From NCBI RefSeq assembly GCF_022045235.1, contig NW_027266273.1:17608001-17672000 (forward strand): a stretch of 64,000 bases of DNA. The letters are read 5' to 3'. This stretch comes from Haliotis cracherodii (taxonomy: Eukaryota). The notes under the pieces are model-generated. The model was given only the letters and a program-made list of their open reading frames with translations, was not told where the DNA came from and made no database searches. The translations under genes and the position numbers were made by a program. Shown in pieces: positions 37,779 to 51,983 of this stretch. Positions within the stretch are counted from its first letter, which is position 1; each line of letters opens with the position of its first letter.

Positions 37779-38306
37779 GGTTGGGTGAATAGAAATTCTG
37801 TAATAAGCTTGTTTGTATATGTGTTTTTCTTTCCAACAACCGTGAACTTCCGTCATGCTGCGCTGAGACAGAAACAGTCCGATCATTCTCAGTTCAAGCC
37901 TGAAAAGTTTCTCAGCGCCAGTACCTGGATTCCCCATCTCTAATCAAACTCTGCCCCTCACTGCAGATAATCCAAGCGTACCGAATATCGCGGTTCAGCG
38001 CACAGTGCGAGGTCAGGCAGGAAACGCTTCATATTGGTGAAGCTTATGAAACAGCTGGGATCGCGAGTGTTTGGTAATAACATATCATGGTGTGGAGTGC
38101 AGGAGGGGTGACGCTTTTAATTTGATGAGTCTTCGGCAGGGAATATGTCCCATCCGCTGGTATGATAGTATAAAATGAGGTGCTTGATAATTTCGGCGAT
38201 TTGGAAGACATTGGTAGTTTGGAATTCGTATCCTCATATCTCATGTTTTTTGTAGACCATTGTGGAATGTAAATACGTAACATTATATGTAATTGTTCTG
38301 TACAAC

Positions 38307-38315
<9 letters not shown>

Positions 38316-38364
<49 letters not shown>
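38316..38364. repeat. (CT)n microsatellite
   Basis: Directly visible. Confidence 0.95.
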
Positions 38365-38368
<4 letters not shown>

Positions 38369-38740
38369 TGACGTATAAGTTCATTAAACAACATAATACC
38401 CCGACTCTTGGCTAGGATATTCAAGCAATTAATATGTCACATATAATCCTCTCTCTCCTTGGAGAATCCATGAAGGCTGACATAAAAGTCATAACAACGG
38501 GTAACATTTCTGTGTAATAAATAATAAATTCCTTAAATATACAGTGTATACACCACAACATGGTCTTGGTGAGACTGCGCGAGAAGTTGCTTTTAGTAAC
38601 ATAAGAAAAATGATAGTTTAATATTGAGTCACACAACAGACCGTTATGGTGTACACACTATAGTATATACCAGTATTACTTAGGTGTGCTTGGTACGTAC
38701 ATGGTTAATGAATTCAGTACACTCAGTTGTCTGAGCTGAG

Positions 38741-39000
38741 AGGGCACGGGTGGCCCAGTCGTCTAAGGCGCCGCGTTTCGCAGTGCTGAGTTGCGTCCCT
38801 TGGGTACGCCAGAACCTATGATTGTGGGTTCGAATCCTGGTTCGCCCCGATTACGTTTCTATGTTTGTCAGAACCATATCCGTGCACATGGTTTTCACCG
38901 AAGTGGTAAACATCTGATACCTGCATCACTTCGGACTGCCACTCCTCGATATGACTGGAATACTGTTCAAACCGGTGTTAAACCCAACTCACTCACTCAC
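38741..39000 (+). mobile_element. SINE family C
   Basis: Matches consensus with internal deletion. Confidence 0.82.
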
Positions 39001-39601
39001 TAAGCTGTGATATTTTAGCATATGTATATTATAAGAAGATGGTTCGAATGTTTCCCTTTTTTACATCACCGTTTGAATTAATTGATATGTTATTTTCATG
39101 TTTTAATTGGTCTTTTATAACCCAAATTGTGTGGCCCATGTTCATCATTGTAGAATGTATATAAGTAAAAATATATGTAATTATTTGTACAACCTTTGAG
39201 ACCAGAATATATACGTTAACACACAAAGTGAAAATCAATTCTTAAATAAAACACCGAACGGAGGATAAACCAATCGGGGCTACGCTCCTCGTGGTTTATT
39301 CTCATTGCTATGTTTTATTGAACGATAATCAACACACATTCGTCGTTTATTTCTTAAATATAGTAATGTTTGAATTTGGCGCTACCGTGATTATAAGGAC
39401 GACCAGCACACCAGTCCGCACTGGAACCCATTTCCTTCCATTGTGACACTATCAGGTACATTAAATCATTAAGAAGGTAAGAATAATTATATCTTTAAAA
39501 AGGATTAACATAAATATGCACTGCTTCTTACAATAACATTACATGTGGCATGATAAAACATATTTTCGTGGAAGACTTAAATGATAATATGTCCATTATA
39601 T

Positions 39602-39806
39602 ATTGTTTATTATTTAACGCCGCACTCAGAAATATTCCAGCTATAAATAAGTGAGTCTGGAAAAGACAATCCAGTGATTGACATCCTGAGCATCGATCGG
39701 TCCACGCAATTGGGATAGGATGACCTGTATTAACCAAGTCAGCGAGCCTGACCACCCGATCCCGTTAGTCGCCTCTTACCACAAGCATTGTGGCCTTTTA
39801 CGGCAA
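39602..39806 (-). mobile_element. SINE family D (partial)
   Basis: Matches consensus. Confidence 0.78.
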
Positions 39807-39987
39807 GTATATATATTAACACAGACTGTTCGGTTGAATTCGGAATCCTCGGGAAACTGATAATTTGCTAGTGGTTTGTGATTATGAACGACGATAGATC
39901 ACTAACATATTTCCCGAAAAAAATCAGTGACCGTTTGTCGTCGATGGTAGCCATGATCAATCCAACGCCGGGAAGTTGCCATGTTGA

Positions 39988-40290
39988 GACCATATTGTTT
40001 TTAAAAAAAGTTGTTGAGTAGGTTATCTTTTGATATATGTTTAGGACAAAAACGTCTGAATAAATAACTAGGTATACATAAGACTTAAGAAAATTAAACA
40101 CAGATGAACGAATAAAGCGCAAAAATGTGCATCCGCGAGCTTGAGCTGTCACTGTGTGGCCGGGCCATTTCCAACATTCACGGCCGAGTCTTCTTTGCGT
40201 TTACGGAAGTGGACGAGAATTGCCGATTGCATCAGCGCGTGACGAGATGACGTCACTGATACGCGCCTTCAGGTGAATTCAATAAGCCGT
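39988..40290. repeat. Unclassified interspersed repeat fragment; second copy at ~56799-57095
   Basis: gaccatattgttttt..taggttatcttttga..ataagact..gagatgacgtcac is shared by both loci. Confidence 0.7.
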
Positions 40291-40325
40291 TTCTCTACGG
40301 TAGAGGCCGCCCCTCACACAACTTA

Positions 40326-40488
40326 GTGAGTGAGTATGGTTTTACGCCGCTTTTAGCAATATTCCAGCAATATCACGGCGGTGGACACCAGAAACGGGCT
40401 TCTCACATTGTACCCATGTCGGGATTCGAACCCGGGTCTTCGACGCGAAGAGCGGACGCTTTAACAACTAGGCAACCCGACCGCCCCC
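40326..40488 (-). mobile_element. SINE family B
   Basis: Flanked by ccctcacacaact repeat. Confidence 0.85.
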
Positions 40489-40540
40489 TCACACAACTAA
40501 GGCATCTTACGTGTTTAATTTTGAAGGCATTTTATTTAAG

Positions 40541-40900
40541 ACATTGAACATGATACCTTGTACATTGTTCATTTTACACGGTACGTTTGACATGGTACAT
40601 GATTCCTTACACATGGTATATTTGACATTGTACATGATACATTGTACATGATTTATTTTACATGGTACATTTGACATGGTACATGATTCATTTTACATGG
40701 TACATTTGACATGGTACATGATTCATTTTACGTATACATGGTGCATTTTACATGGGAGATGATACATTGTACATGGTCCATTTTACATGGTACATTTGAC
40801 ATGGTACATGGTTCATTTTACATGGTACATTTGACATTGTACATGATTCATTTTACATGGTACATTTGACATGGTACATATGACATGGTTCATGATGCAT
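40541..40900. repeat. Degenerate tandem repeat built on acatggtacatttg / acatgattcatttt
   Basis: Directly visible. Confidence 0.85.
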
Positions 40901-41019
40901 TTTCGTGGCACATTATATAGTTTACATGAAAATGGGATATTATATATAGTGACATCGAATTGCCGTAGCGCATAAATCATACCACGTGGTACAGGAAATG
41001 TCATTCTGCATTAAAGGTC

Positions 41020-44000
41020 TCATTCATAGCTGATCTGATCTAGACGGTCCATCTCATTGCAAATTTCCGACAGTGATTTCGGGTTGTTTCTCCCAATTGT
41101 TAAAATATAGTTTGCTACATTCGTTGCGGTTTTCTGAGATAGATCACACTCTATATCTGTCAGTTCCTTTGTGAACAACCTGACACATGAATCTTCCACC
41201 ACCTGGTTATGACGGATGGGGACTCCAGGTGCTATCTCACGTGACATGCTCCGAAGCATCGGTAGCAGTTTCCGCAGTGCCTCTGACTGATGCTTTCCAT
41301 GATGTATGACGCTATTCAAAAGTTCCTGAACAATGGGCCGGTCGCGCTCATCTACCTGCTTCAATTGCTCCAGCAGGTGCTTCAGCATCATCTCCCTACC
41401 CTCTGTCTCTCGGTTGACGTGTCTAGATGGAACCATTCCTGGAGTCCAGCATCCGTCAGCGGCGTCCCGTGTTGGTGTGCCATCTCCACCTGTCTTGAAG
41501 TCCATATTCTCATGTGCAGTCGTGCATTCCTTGACCTGATTCCCGAGTCGGATGTCCTTTGTATCCGGATGCTTGCTGCTCGCGTATTGTGCAGATGCGC
41601 AACCTCCGGTGCCACCATTCAGATGGCTTCCACCTGTGTCAAATGGGATTTGAACAGGCATTCCTGCATGGTCAGTATTGTCAACATCGACGCGAATTGT
41701 AGCAAGCTCATTGACACGGACTTGGTAAGGAATACTGCAAGCATCTGAAGATTTATCGGGACTTTCCCCGTGAAGAACAGGCTTGGAACATGATGCATTC
41801 TCTCCTTCTGGTGACACAATTACCCAGTCACCTTCCACCAGGTCGTCTGTATTCCCACATTCGGTTTCTACATCACACCTGTCTACTGAAAGACGTTTGG
41901 ACTGAAGATTCAAACCAGGCCTGCGAAGCTCTACACAAGGCATACATTCTTCAAGCTGAAATGAAATAATATGCTAAAAAGTATATGGGAACAATCATCA
42001 TTAAGTGTTAAACACTGAGTAGTGTATTGCAAGGATAGCTTAGAAAAGTATTATACTATTCAACTATATAATAAATATTTTATTTAGTTTCTGTTTCTTT
42101 CCCACTAAATTGCAAACGTCGAGATTTGACGACTCGTGTTCAGGTTCAGGAGGATGTCCCACTTAATCATCCTCAATGCCTCGATGTGTACATGTATTGT
42201 CATTCAGGATTAGTAGCTGCAGAATTTACTGTTTGTTTGTTTGTTTGTTGTTTACGCCACACTCAGCAATATTCCAGCGAAATGACGACGGTCTGTAAAT
42301 AATCGATGTAGGGTGTGGATTTGGCGGATTTGTAATATGCATTATATGTAAGCATATTATTACATTATCATTATACTTAGCTTGACAACGTATCGAAATC
42401 ACAGGTAACTGATTATGTATATCATGAGGCTGAGACACTGATTCACTCGTTGCTCGTTTTTGTGTGAATAGTCTGTACGTACTTACCTGAGTTTCGTCAC
42501 TTGTTCGAAACAATATTCCCATAGTATTGTACAGGACGGATAAGAAGGATGCTGAAACAAGCACCACATGCCTATGGTGATGTAGCAAAGTTGGAAGAAC
42601 TTGCATGACATAAACACATACAAGGCGTATGTACATGAAGAACGAGTGTTTACAGGATGAATAAAAAAACCAGAATAAAACTGCCCATCACATAATCTAT
42701 TACAAATTCAATGCGTTAATTTTATCGATTGGCATAAAATTGCCAATCACATTCATTTAACATTTGATCCCAATATTATCCGGTTTGAAATGATATAAAA
42801 AATGTTCTTATCATTACATCCTGAAATTAGAACTATCAACAGAACACCCAATGTCGTGCCACAAGGTACCTAGATCAATCTACTGAACAGACATCTTGCC
42901 GAGGCAAGAGCGTTAACTAACTGTAAAAGGCCAGTTTCCACCCTTGCCGAACTAGGCTGGAATTCCTGGGCTCGATTGTAGCGCCACCATCGACTATTAC
43001 AAGTTATGTCCCTTCTATATCCCTCCTATGGACCAATAAGATTCCTACTCTCACATACGATCTGATCGATAATCAAGATCAATATTGTTATAAAACGTGT
43101 CTTACTTCGCGAAATGCATCAAATCACGTGAGCACCTTGATCAAAAACTTGAAGAGATTTGGAAAATATCTGTTGACGCCGAGTTGACATGCTTTGCAAA
43201 TTCTGCAATCGTCCGAAATCGGCCTCTGGAAGATGTTGAACAGACAACTGGGATTCACTTACGTTTGCTGTTGTCGAGATGATGGTCGTCATTGCCAGAC
43301 TCTGCAGCAGCGTCTCGTGTGTGTTGTTGGTCCTGATGTTCGACCATCACGTGTTTTTCACTTGCGCTGTCAAGTCGGACTCGTGATTTCCTTTCTGTCA
43401 GTGATGTGTCTTTAATACAATCATCACGGGTTCCTGGACAATAAGACAGCAGTGATAATAGCAAAGGATGCGTTTGAGAACACACTGCACACGTACTTCA
43501 CAGGGAACATCCATATATACGATAGGGGGCGATGGGTTAGCCTAGCGATTAAAGCGTTTGCTAGTCACGCCGAAGACCCGGGTTCGATTCCCCACATGGG
43601 CACAATGTGTGAAGCCCATTTCTGGTGTCCCCCGCCGGGATATTGCTGGAATATTGCTAAATGCGGCGTAAAACCATACTCACTCACTCACTCATATATA
43701 CGATAGGGAAATGACACTGTGCACTTATCTATCACTTACCCAGCCTTGACTTGAGGGCAATGTTGTCTTCCTGTGACCCAATTCCATTAAAGTGAAAGTA
43801 GACGTGATTATCTGAAATTAAGAATGTCAGTGTTACACATCGGGATTGATACATAGTCATGGCATGGCCTAACGGGAGTACAGCTGTGTGGCGTTAGGCA
43901 ACAAACGCACACTTACTTTTATACGCAAATGGTGTAAATAGCGGGTGCTACTAATGGAGCAGGACATGCTTACCCTTTTCGCAAGCATCTGATTTGCGGT

Positions 44001-44562
44001 GATGCATTCATATAATATTCACTGCCATTTGCCTTTTACGCCTAATGGAATCTGTTTCGATGGATAACAGAGACAGGTTGATCTCTGGCATTGACGTTAA
44101 TTATATATTTAAGTATTACAATGTCTCAAGTACCAGTACTTACACGTGTTGCCCATCCCACCATGGATTACTCCACCCGTGTTGGCAGTTTCGACTGAGC
44201 CTCCTTGGACACCATGGATGGAGGTTTCTGGGACCCCCGATTTCCGACCTGATTCTACAACATCATATATTGAATCCATGATTAGAACTTATAGCTTGTC
44301 TCTGTTTCTACTTTCACTTCGAAAACATTGTAATATCTCCACGATCAATTCAAATGTACATGTAAATATGCACAAAATTAGAGGATGTATGCCATCTATT
44401 AAAGTAAAAACATAATCTGCTGTCGTAACTTTAGGTACATAATGTGTTTAAGTACTAACCATCTGGTAAGCCTCTTGAAGACACAGACCTCTCCACATCT
44501 TCGGACCTTGGGTGCAGCTCTACAACCTTATTGTATTCCATGTTTGTGCCCGTCTTCTCCAT
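41020..44562 (-). CDS. Orphan protein A (~440 aa); exons 44460-44562, 43740-43811, 43263-43409, 42487-42551, 41020-41955; disordered N-terminus plus helical C-terminal module
   Basis: Five exons with canonical splice sites and matching phases (1,1,1,0) give an open frame MEKTGTNMEY..GLPD|DNHVYFHF..|DTSLTERK..|PSFLSVLY..ETQ|LEECMPCV..QISYE*. Confidence 0.75.
42893..43230. mobile_element. MITE family E, truncated
   Basis: catcttgccgaggcaagagcgttaact TIR and internal homology. Confidence 0.75.
43525..43694 (+). mobile_element. SINE family B
   Basis: TSD atatacgataggg. Confidence 0.88.
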
Positions 44563-44870
44563 CCTTGCCTCGGGTACACTCCTGTAAAGTCTCCTTTTTC
44601 TGGTTTCTGAGGCCCTGTGTCCTCAGAGTCCTCAGAGCATGTATGGAAGCCAGTGTGCAGACAACAGATTAATAAACAAACAAACACTGTCCTTATTTAT
44701 TAATGATCAATTTCTAACTACCCTTTGTTGGCATTGAAAATAGATACTCTGTATATGCAGATGCAGTGCTGATATCACTGCATACACTCGTGATCCACCT
44801 GTAACCTTTATGTAGTCTAAACACAGTACGTTATTTTGAAACGCATAAGCGATATGCACATGTCATTTGT

Positions 44871-47266
44871 CAGTGATATACAGATATATAGAGGTGTGAG
44901 CAGGGTATTATTTCACTTGATATTGATATTGTTGCTTATTAAGTATTTTGACAAACAACTAATAAAACGAAGTCGGCTTCCTTGTTGGAACGTTTTGTAT
45001 AGTCTATTGATAAAGGTGTACGGGAAATCCCGAGTGAAATCAGCAAAGTAGGTTTAAAGATAGATCCTCTGCCGTGTACATAACCACGAACTGTCACCTG
45101 GATCAATCAATTGAGAGTCTTTTTTGGAGCATGATTCATTTGAATCTCGGACCCCGTTACCTTTTTTTTAATCTAAATTCCAAAAAAGAGCCGAGGCCCA
45201 TTTAGCATACAAGCCGTGGGCTCGCGCTCAGAATATGCTGATGTTCTCACAGTCCCCTTTCAGCTGCTTTTCATCATCCGGAATAATATTAAAAATTATA
45301 ACAGTTATCGAAACAATTAAAATAGGGATTCAGCCTCTTCTTTTGAATAACATGAATATGCTGTATCACCAATATTAATGGTAAGATTTGTTTGTTTGTT
45401 GTTTAACGTTTAATTCAGCCATATTCAAACTACATGACGGCGGTCTGTAAATAATCGAGTCTGGACCAGACAATCCAGTGATTGACATGAGCATCGATCC
45501 CTGCAATTGGGATACGATGACATGCATCAACCAAGTCAGCGAGCCTTACCACCCGATCCCGTTAGTCGCTTCTTACAAGCATAGTCGCCTTTTATGGCAA
45601 GCATGGGTTGCTAAAAACCTTTTCTACCCCGGATCGTCAAGGGTAGTTAATGATACGAACAACAAATAATGATACAATTAGTATTTAAATTATAATGAAT
45701 ACCATGCCACGTAGCTTCTGTGCTTCATGAAAACATTATATTACGGAAAGTAATGCTTGCGATATTGAACTACATGTGTTTAACGAATACGCAACACGCA
45801 CAGAGGGAAATTTTATACTTTACTTCATTTCTTTATTTCATTTTTAACATTGACCTATGTTTACAGACAGGGTAACATCAAGTACCATCTTTTAACGTCT
45901 TTTGGTATGACGCGGCTGGGGTACGAACCCCGGACCTTCCGCTCTCCGGGCGGACGCTCTACCATTAGACCACGGAGGCGGTCTCAGTGATATTCAGATA
46001 TATTAGAGGCGTGAAAAGGGTAATATTTCACTTGACACTGATATTGTTGCTTATTAAGTAGTTTGACAAACGACTAACAAAACGAAGTCGACTTCCTTGT
46101 TGGAACTTTTTGTATAGTCTATTGATAAAGGTGTACGGGAAATCCTGAGTGAAAACAGCAAAGCAGGTATAAAGATAGATCCGTCTGCCGTGTACATAAC
46201 CACGAACTGTCACCTGGATGAGCAATCAATTGAGGGTCATTTGGGAGCATGACTCATTTGAGTCTCAGACCCCATTACCTTTTTTATCCAAACTCCAAAA
46301 AAGGACCGAGGCCCGTTCAGCATACAAGCAGTGGGCTCGCGCTCAGAATATGTTCATGTTCTTATAGTCCAATACAGGACTGTTAATAGCCCGAGGCGCT
46401 ACGTCTTTTCAGCTGCTTTTCATCGTCCGGAATAACATTTAACACTATAACAGTTATCGGAACAATTAAAATAGGGATTTAGCCTCTTCTTGTGTAAAAC
46501 ATAAAGAGGCTGTATTACGAATAGTAATGGTAGAATTGTTTGTTTGTTGTTTAACGCCATATTCAAGCTTTATGACGGCGGTCTGTAAATAATCGAGTCT
46601 GGACCAGACAATCACGTGATTGATGTCATGAGCATCGATCCATGCAATTGGGACACGATGACAAGCTTAAGCATCAATCAAATCAGCGAACCTGGCCACC
46701 TGATCCCATTAATCGCTTCTTACAATCAAAGTTGTTTTTTATGGCAAGCATGGATTGCTGAAGACCTTTTCTATCCCGGATCTTTACGGGTAAATAATGA
46801 TAAGAACAACATATAATAATACAATTATTATTTAAAGTAGCTCCGACGTTCATACAGTTCGGCCCTCACTCTACGAAGGTTCATACTCCAATGAACTCAC
46901 ACAAAGTGAATGTCAATTCTTAAATGTGAGTGAGTGAGTAGGGTTTTACGCGGCTTTTAGCAATATTCCAGCAATATCACGGCGGGGGGACACCAGAAAA
47001 GGGCTTCACATATTGTACCCATGTCGGGAATCGAACCCCGGTCTTTGGCGTGACGAGCGAACGCTTTAACCACAAGGCTACCCGACCGCCCTAATTCTTA
47101 AATGAATACCATGTCACGGAGCTCAATTCGATACATTACATTATCGAAAGGAATGCTTGCCTGTCCGATGCTATAATGAACTACATGTGATTAACACGCA
47201 CACGCACAGCAGGAAATGTTATACTTTACTTCGTTTCTTTATAACATTTTTAACATTGACCTATGT
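44871..47266. repeat. Direct tandem duplication of ~1 kb (44871-45860 and 45985-47266); each unit contains a SINE D
   Basis: Both units start cagtgatat.cagatata and end ttgacctatgt. A SINE A 5' fragment (45866-45984) is at the junction; SINE B (46927-47092) is only in unit 2. Confidence 0.88.
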
Positions 47267-47339
47267 GTATATGGTGTTTTACTTTATCGTAAAGATATCA
47301 CAACAGTCATTGAATAACGCTTGAGATGTGTTGATAAAA

Positions 47340-47900
47340 GTGAGTGAGTATGGTTTTACGCCGCTTTTAACAATATTCCAGCAACATCACGGCGGGGGAC
47401 ACCAGACATGGGCTTCACACTTTGTACCCATGTTGGGCATCGAACCCGGGTCTTCGGCGTGACGAGCGAACGCTTGAACCACTAGGCTACCCGACCGCCC
47501 CTTCTCTTTAGAAGAAACGGTATGCAGTAGTATCACGTGTACTTTGTCGTTGCGGATAACAATGGCCTTGGAAGTTAGCTATATCACTGACTACTTCAAT
47601 CATAGATAATTAAATAAAAGCATAGCGAAAGAGTGATCAAACAAGTATCTCATATGTGCAGATATGATGATGAAAACATCGAATACGTTTTCACGTCCAA
47701 GCATTTGCGGCAGTGTTTGGCTCCGTTCTTCCCTCATTTGTGACTGATGGTGCAGCGGCAACCTTCGTTTCTGTTTGTTTCTTATGTACTGCTTGTTTTT
47801 TCAATGTCGCCTGTATATCGGCGATTCTTGTCAATGCATTCTCAACGCTCTCAGCAAGATCCGAAAACCTTTGATTCAAATTTTGAACATCATCCACATC
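47340..47900 (-). pseudogene. 3' fragment copy of TRP paralog 2 (last ~69 codons, 3' UTR and SINE B)
   Basis: DDVQNLNQRFSDLAESVENAL...AANAWT* is nearly identical to the paralog 2 C-terminus; nucleotide similarity extends over 16540-17098. Confidence 0.92.
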
Positions 47901-47902
47901 CC

Positions 47903-48262
47903 GAGGTGAGGTGAGGTGAAATGGGGTTTAACGTCTCGTCCAAGATTATTGCACTTATACAGCGACGTGCATGTACGTGTTTGTGTTTGTGTGGCTGCTT
48001 GTACTAGTCCGGACTGATGCCGAGTTATAGTGCTAGCTCACTGAGATACCATGTCGCAGTTTAATATGAATACCCCACTCAGACACAGTATACTGACTCC
48101 GAGCCGACCAGTCCTTGTTTTAGCCCCTTAATGTCGAGCGCCAGACAGGGTAACAACAAGTACCATCTTTTAACGTCTTTTGGTATGACGCGGCTGGGGA
48201 TCGAACCCCGGACCTGCCGCTCTCCGGGCGGACGCTCTACCACTAGACCACAGAGGCGGTCT
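47903..48262 (-). mobile_element. SINE family A
   Basis: Complete copy, imperfect TSD gg(t/a)tgtgga. Confidence 0.88.
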
Positions 48263-49055
48263 CCACAACCTGATGACAATTGAGAATGATTTTATAGGTC
48301 TACCCCGTACTGTAAACTACTTGTGACGCTCGTTTATCTCATGGGTGCAACATGTGGGTGCATTCTACAAATATCACCTGGGGAAAACCCTTCCTCGCGG
48401 TTAACCTATATTACGCTGGGCATGCCCATTCTTTTATTTTCATGAGTCATGGTTAATAATACACATAAGCTGATATAACGTTACTTGATAAATATATACT
48501 TTGATCGGTAAATAGTAGAAATATGCATGAATAAAATAAATAAATAATATCTGACATACCTGACAAATATGAATATTAAAGAAGAACATAAAGATTAACT
48601 TTCGATTCCTGAAAATGAAATCACCGAACCCGGTGGGCTCAAAGGTTATCTAATTACTTTGTCATGACAATATCTATACCTAACACAATGCTCCACAACA
48701 TCATACATATTAATGTCTAAGCTTTTAATGATCATACTAATATTTAAAAGTACTGAATAGTTAGTTTCACACCGTTGTGATACGCCCCAGACGTCGAGCC
48801 CCGACACAAACTTTAAAATATTCCATTGAGCGTCCATATGAAAGAAAATTCCTTTAAGTGTACATTAATTTAAATGTCATTTCAATATTATCTAGGCGTA
48901 GATAATTGACATGCAAGTCCAGCAGTGAAACAAATAGATAGTTTAAACAAGAGAGTGACGTAACAGATATGTATTAATTAGCTTTGATGCACAGAGCGTC
49001 TTTCTTCAGTGAATGCTATTCCATTCCAAACGAGTCGATATTTCTAAAATCACAA

Positions 49056-49495
49056 GTGGATCAGTCGTCTAAGGCGCAGCAATTCGCTGTGCACAGTTGC
49101 GTCCCTTAGACGTGCCAGGGATCGTGGGTTCAAAATCCAGAACCGCCTCCGTGGTCTAGTGGTAGAGCGTCCGCCCGGACTAGTACATATTAAACTGCGG
49201 CATGGTATCTCAGTGAGCTAGCACTATTAATCGGCATCAGTCCGGACTAGTACAAGCAGCCACACAAACACACACACGAACATGCACGTCGCTATATAAG
49301 TGCAATAATCTTGGACGAGACGTTAAACCCCATTTCACCTCACCACCTCAAAATCCAGATTCACCCTGATCATGTATCTAGGTTTGTCAGCACCATATCG
49401 CAGCTCTTACCTGTAATATTTCGAATTCTGGATTTCCTCCCACATGAAGCTGATATGGCGTGATATAACTGAAATACTGCGTTAAACCAAACACA
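49056..49495 (+). mobile_element. Old SINE C interrupted by an internally deleted SINE A (49142-49349)
   Basis: TSD aaaatccaga flanks the A copy. Confidence 0.78.
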
Positions 49496-49780
49496 AACAC
49501 AAACATTTGCGTAAATATATGCACAATGAACAGGATACGATTGTGAAGGTAGTTTTACAGATAAGGCCTTGATGTCATATGCCGTACATAGAGCTTCGAC
49601 TCTCTCCCGGGGAACGTACTCATTTGGGAAAAGCCAGGGCATGTGTCTCTGTATTTAAACACGTGGGTCAGGATAACCGTATCGCTGGGGTCGGGTTGTT
49701 AAGTAGGACCCTCAGCCTTTTATCGCAACATATGACAGCCCTAACAGTGATAACAAAGTGCCTGTGATAACAAAATTCGC

Positions 49781-50140
49781 CGACCGCCTTGGTCTAGTGG
49801 TAGAGCGTCCGCCAGGAGAGCGGAAGGTCCGGGGTTCGATCCCCGGCCGCGTCATACCATAAGACATTAAAAGATGGTACTTGTTGTTACCCTCTGGCTC
49901 TCGGCAATAAGGGGCTAAAACAAGGACTGGTCCGCTCGGAGTCAGTATACTGTGTCTGACTAGCGTATTCATGTTAACCTGTGGCATGGTATCTCAGTGA
50001 GCTAGCACTATAAATCGGCATCAGTCCGGACTAATACACGCAGCCCCCCCCCCCCCCCCACACACACACACGTACATGCACGTTGCAATATCAGTACAAT
50101 AATCTTGGACGCGACGTTAAACCCCATTTCACCTCACCTC
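49781..50140 (+). mobile_element. SINE family A
   Basis: Complete copy. Confidence 0.88.
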
Positions 50141-51024
50141 AAAATTTGTCTGTCAGAATAATACTTGAACCTGTCGAAGGTATGTACGTATAATAAATGT
50201 AGCAATCTAATACGTACAAATTCGATGTGAAATATTAAATATAAGTATATGCGTCATGGCAGAAATATATCATAGATGTGTACCGATGTATATTACTCAA
50301 TATTTGATAAGGATCACCACTTTAAAAGGTGATGTGTCAATTGTAGCCAAAGTAGCCAAAGACATGTTTATTGAACAACAAGTTCGTTGTCATGTGCAAC
50401 ACAATACCCACAAATAACATGTGGCCAGAAAATCAGTCACATCACCCAACAAAATGAGGGTACCTGACCAAAACTGATCCATTACGAAAACGAAAACATA
50501 TCAAAACGTGATCCTCAGTTACTGGCTTTGATTGTTATAGAACATGGCGGACTAGTTCCATTGTCGGAATCGGAATTTCGACATGGTATCTATGCAGATA
50601 AACAAACTAACACAAGATGCGTGCCCACAAACAAATATGCCTTCTATTGTTTATTTTGTTATAACTAGCTGAAGTTCAGAAACTAACTGGCAATGATGCC
50701 ACCTTTGCAGTGGATACTGGCATAATTAAGGGTCTTTAAGCATATTATTACAGAGACCAAGTATACCGATTGACCACCAGAGATTTGACAACAGTGCACA
50801 AAGTAGAAGAAGAAGAAGTTTATTTCTGTATAAAGGCCACAGGCCCAGGTACAATATAGATACATGTGTTATATACTGGTGCTGGTACAATAACAAGAGG
50901 CACAGAGTGCAAATAAAGTGCAATTAGAATTATAATAATGAAGAAGAACGTAAAGATAGGGCATCTTTCATGTATTTAGCACATAATGACCAGGTTTCAA
51001 TGGTAGACGTTTGTATTAAAGTTC

Positions 51025-51306
51025 TGAGTGAGTGAGTGCGTTTGGTTTAACGCCGTTTTTAATAGTATTCCAGTTATATCACGGCGTGTCAGCTTAATGT
51101 GGGAGGAAAGCCCGAAGTGATGCAGGTCACAGACGTTTACCACTTCGGTGAAACCCACGAGCACGGGTATGGTGCTGACAAACCTAGAAACATAATCGGG
51201 GCGAACCGGGATTCGAACCCACAATCATAGGTTTCTGGCGTGCCTAAAGGACGCAACTCTGCACAGCGAATGGCGGCGCCTTAGACGACTGGGCCACCCG
51301 TGCCCC
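51025..51306 (-). mobile_element. SINE family C, left arm only
   Basis: TSD aaagttctgag; empty site at ~61962-61972. Confidence 0.88.
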
Positions 51307-51983
51307 AAAGTTCTGAGGGAGTACTCATTTTTTAAGTTACTGTTGGGAAAATATGTGTCTTAAAATATCATAGGTTGGGCATACTTACCCTAGATACACC
51401 CTCCCGCCTACCTATATTTTTCATAATTTGTAATTCTCCAATTCTTTATAATGTTAAACAGCTCCTTTGGTCTCTTTGGTGTATATGAGTTGCGAAAGTT
51501 GACTTTATAGTGGAGTAAAAATCTAATTTTGAATGTTCATTTAACTTATATATACAATATAATAATATGTAATATATATAATATATATAATAATAATATA
51601 TAATAACACATATCTATACAACTGAAAACTCTACTTGGAAGGCCCATAACAAAGGGAATATATATTCCAGCATTTCAAAAGACGATAAACGAATCTTTGC
51701 TTGCTGTGATCTGTGTATGACTAAAATATGTGATTATTTACAACATTAAAACGTCCTATTATGAATGCAAAATACATGTATTTGTTAAAAGAATGAATTC
51801 TATAAAATAATTTAAATCTAAAGCGTACAATGATTCATTATAGTACCTCAAAGATTGATTTTAGTTCACCCTTTGTCTTACAAATAGAACCATACTTATG
51901 CTATCTATGACAGAAGTTAAGGTGATAAATAGGGCTGACACATTTTGATATCAATAAGCAATTTCGGCGTTTCAGTGTTCAAA

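Noticed and set aside
32560-38030. Signal-peptide exon of DNase I
   Set aside because: Candidates near 32640-32700, 33700-33823 and 37840-37937 lack a convincing hydrophobic leader with a phase-1 consensus donor; left unassigned
18265-38424. Short ORFs in microsatellites, SINEs and MITEs (e.g. 18265, 20725, 25390, 37560, 38044)
   Set aside because: Low-complexity or repeat-derived translations with no protein motif or splice support
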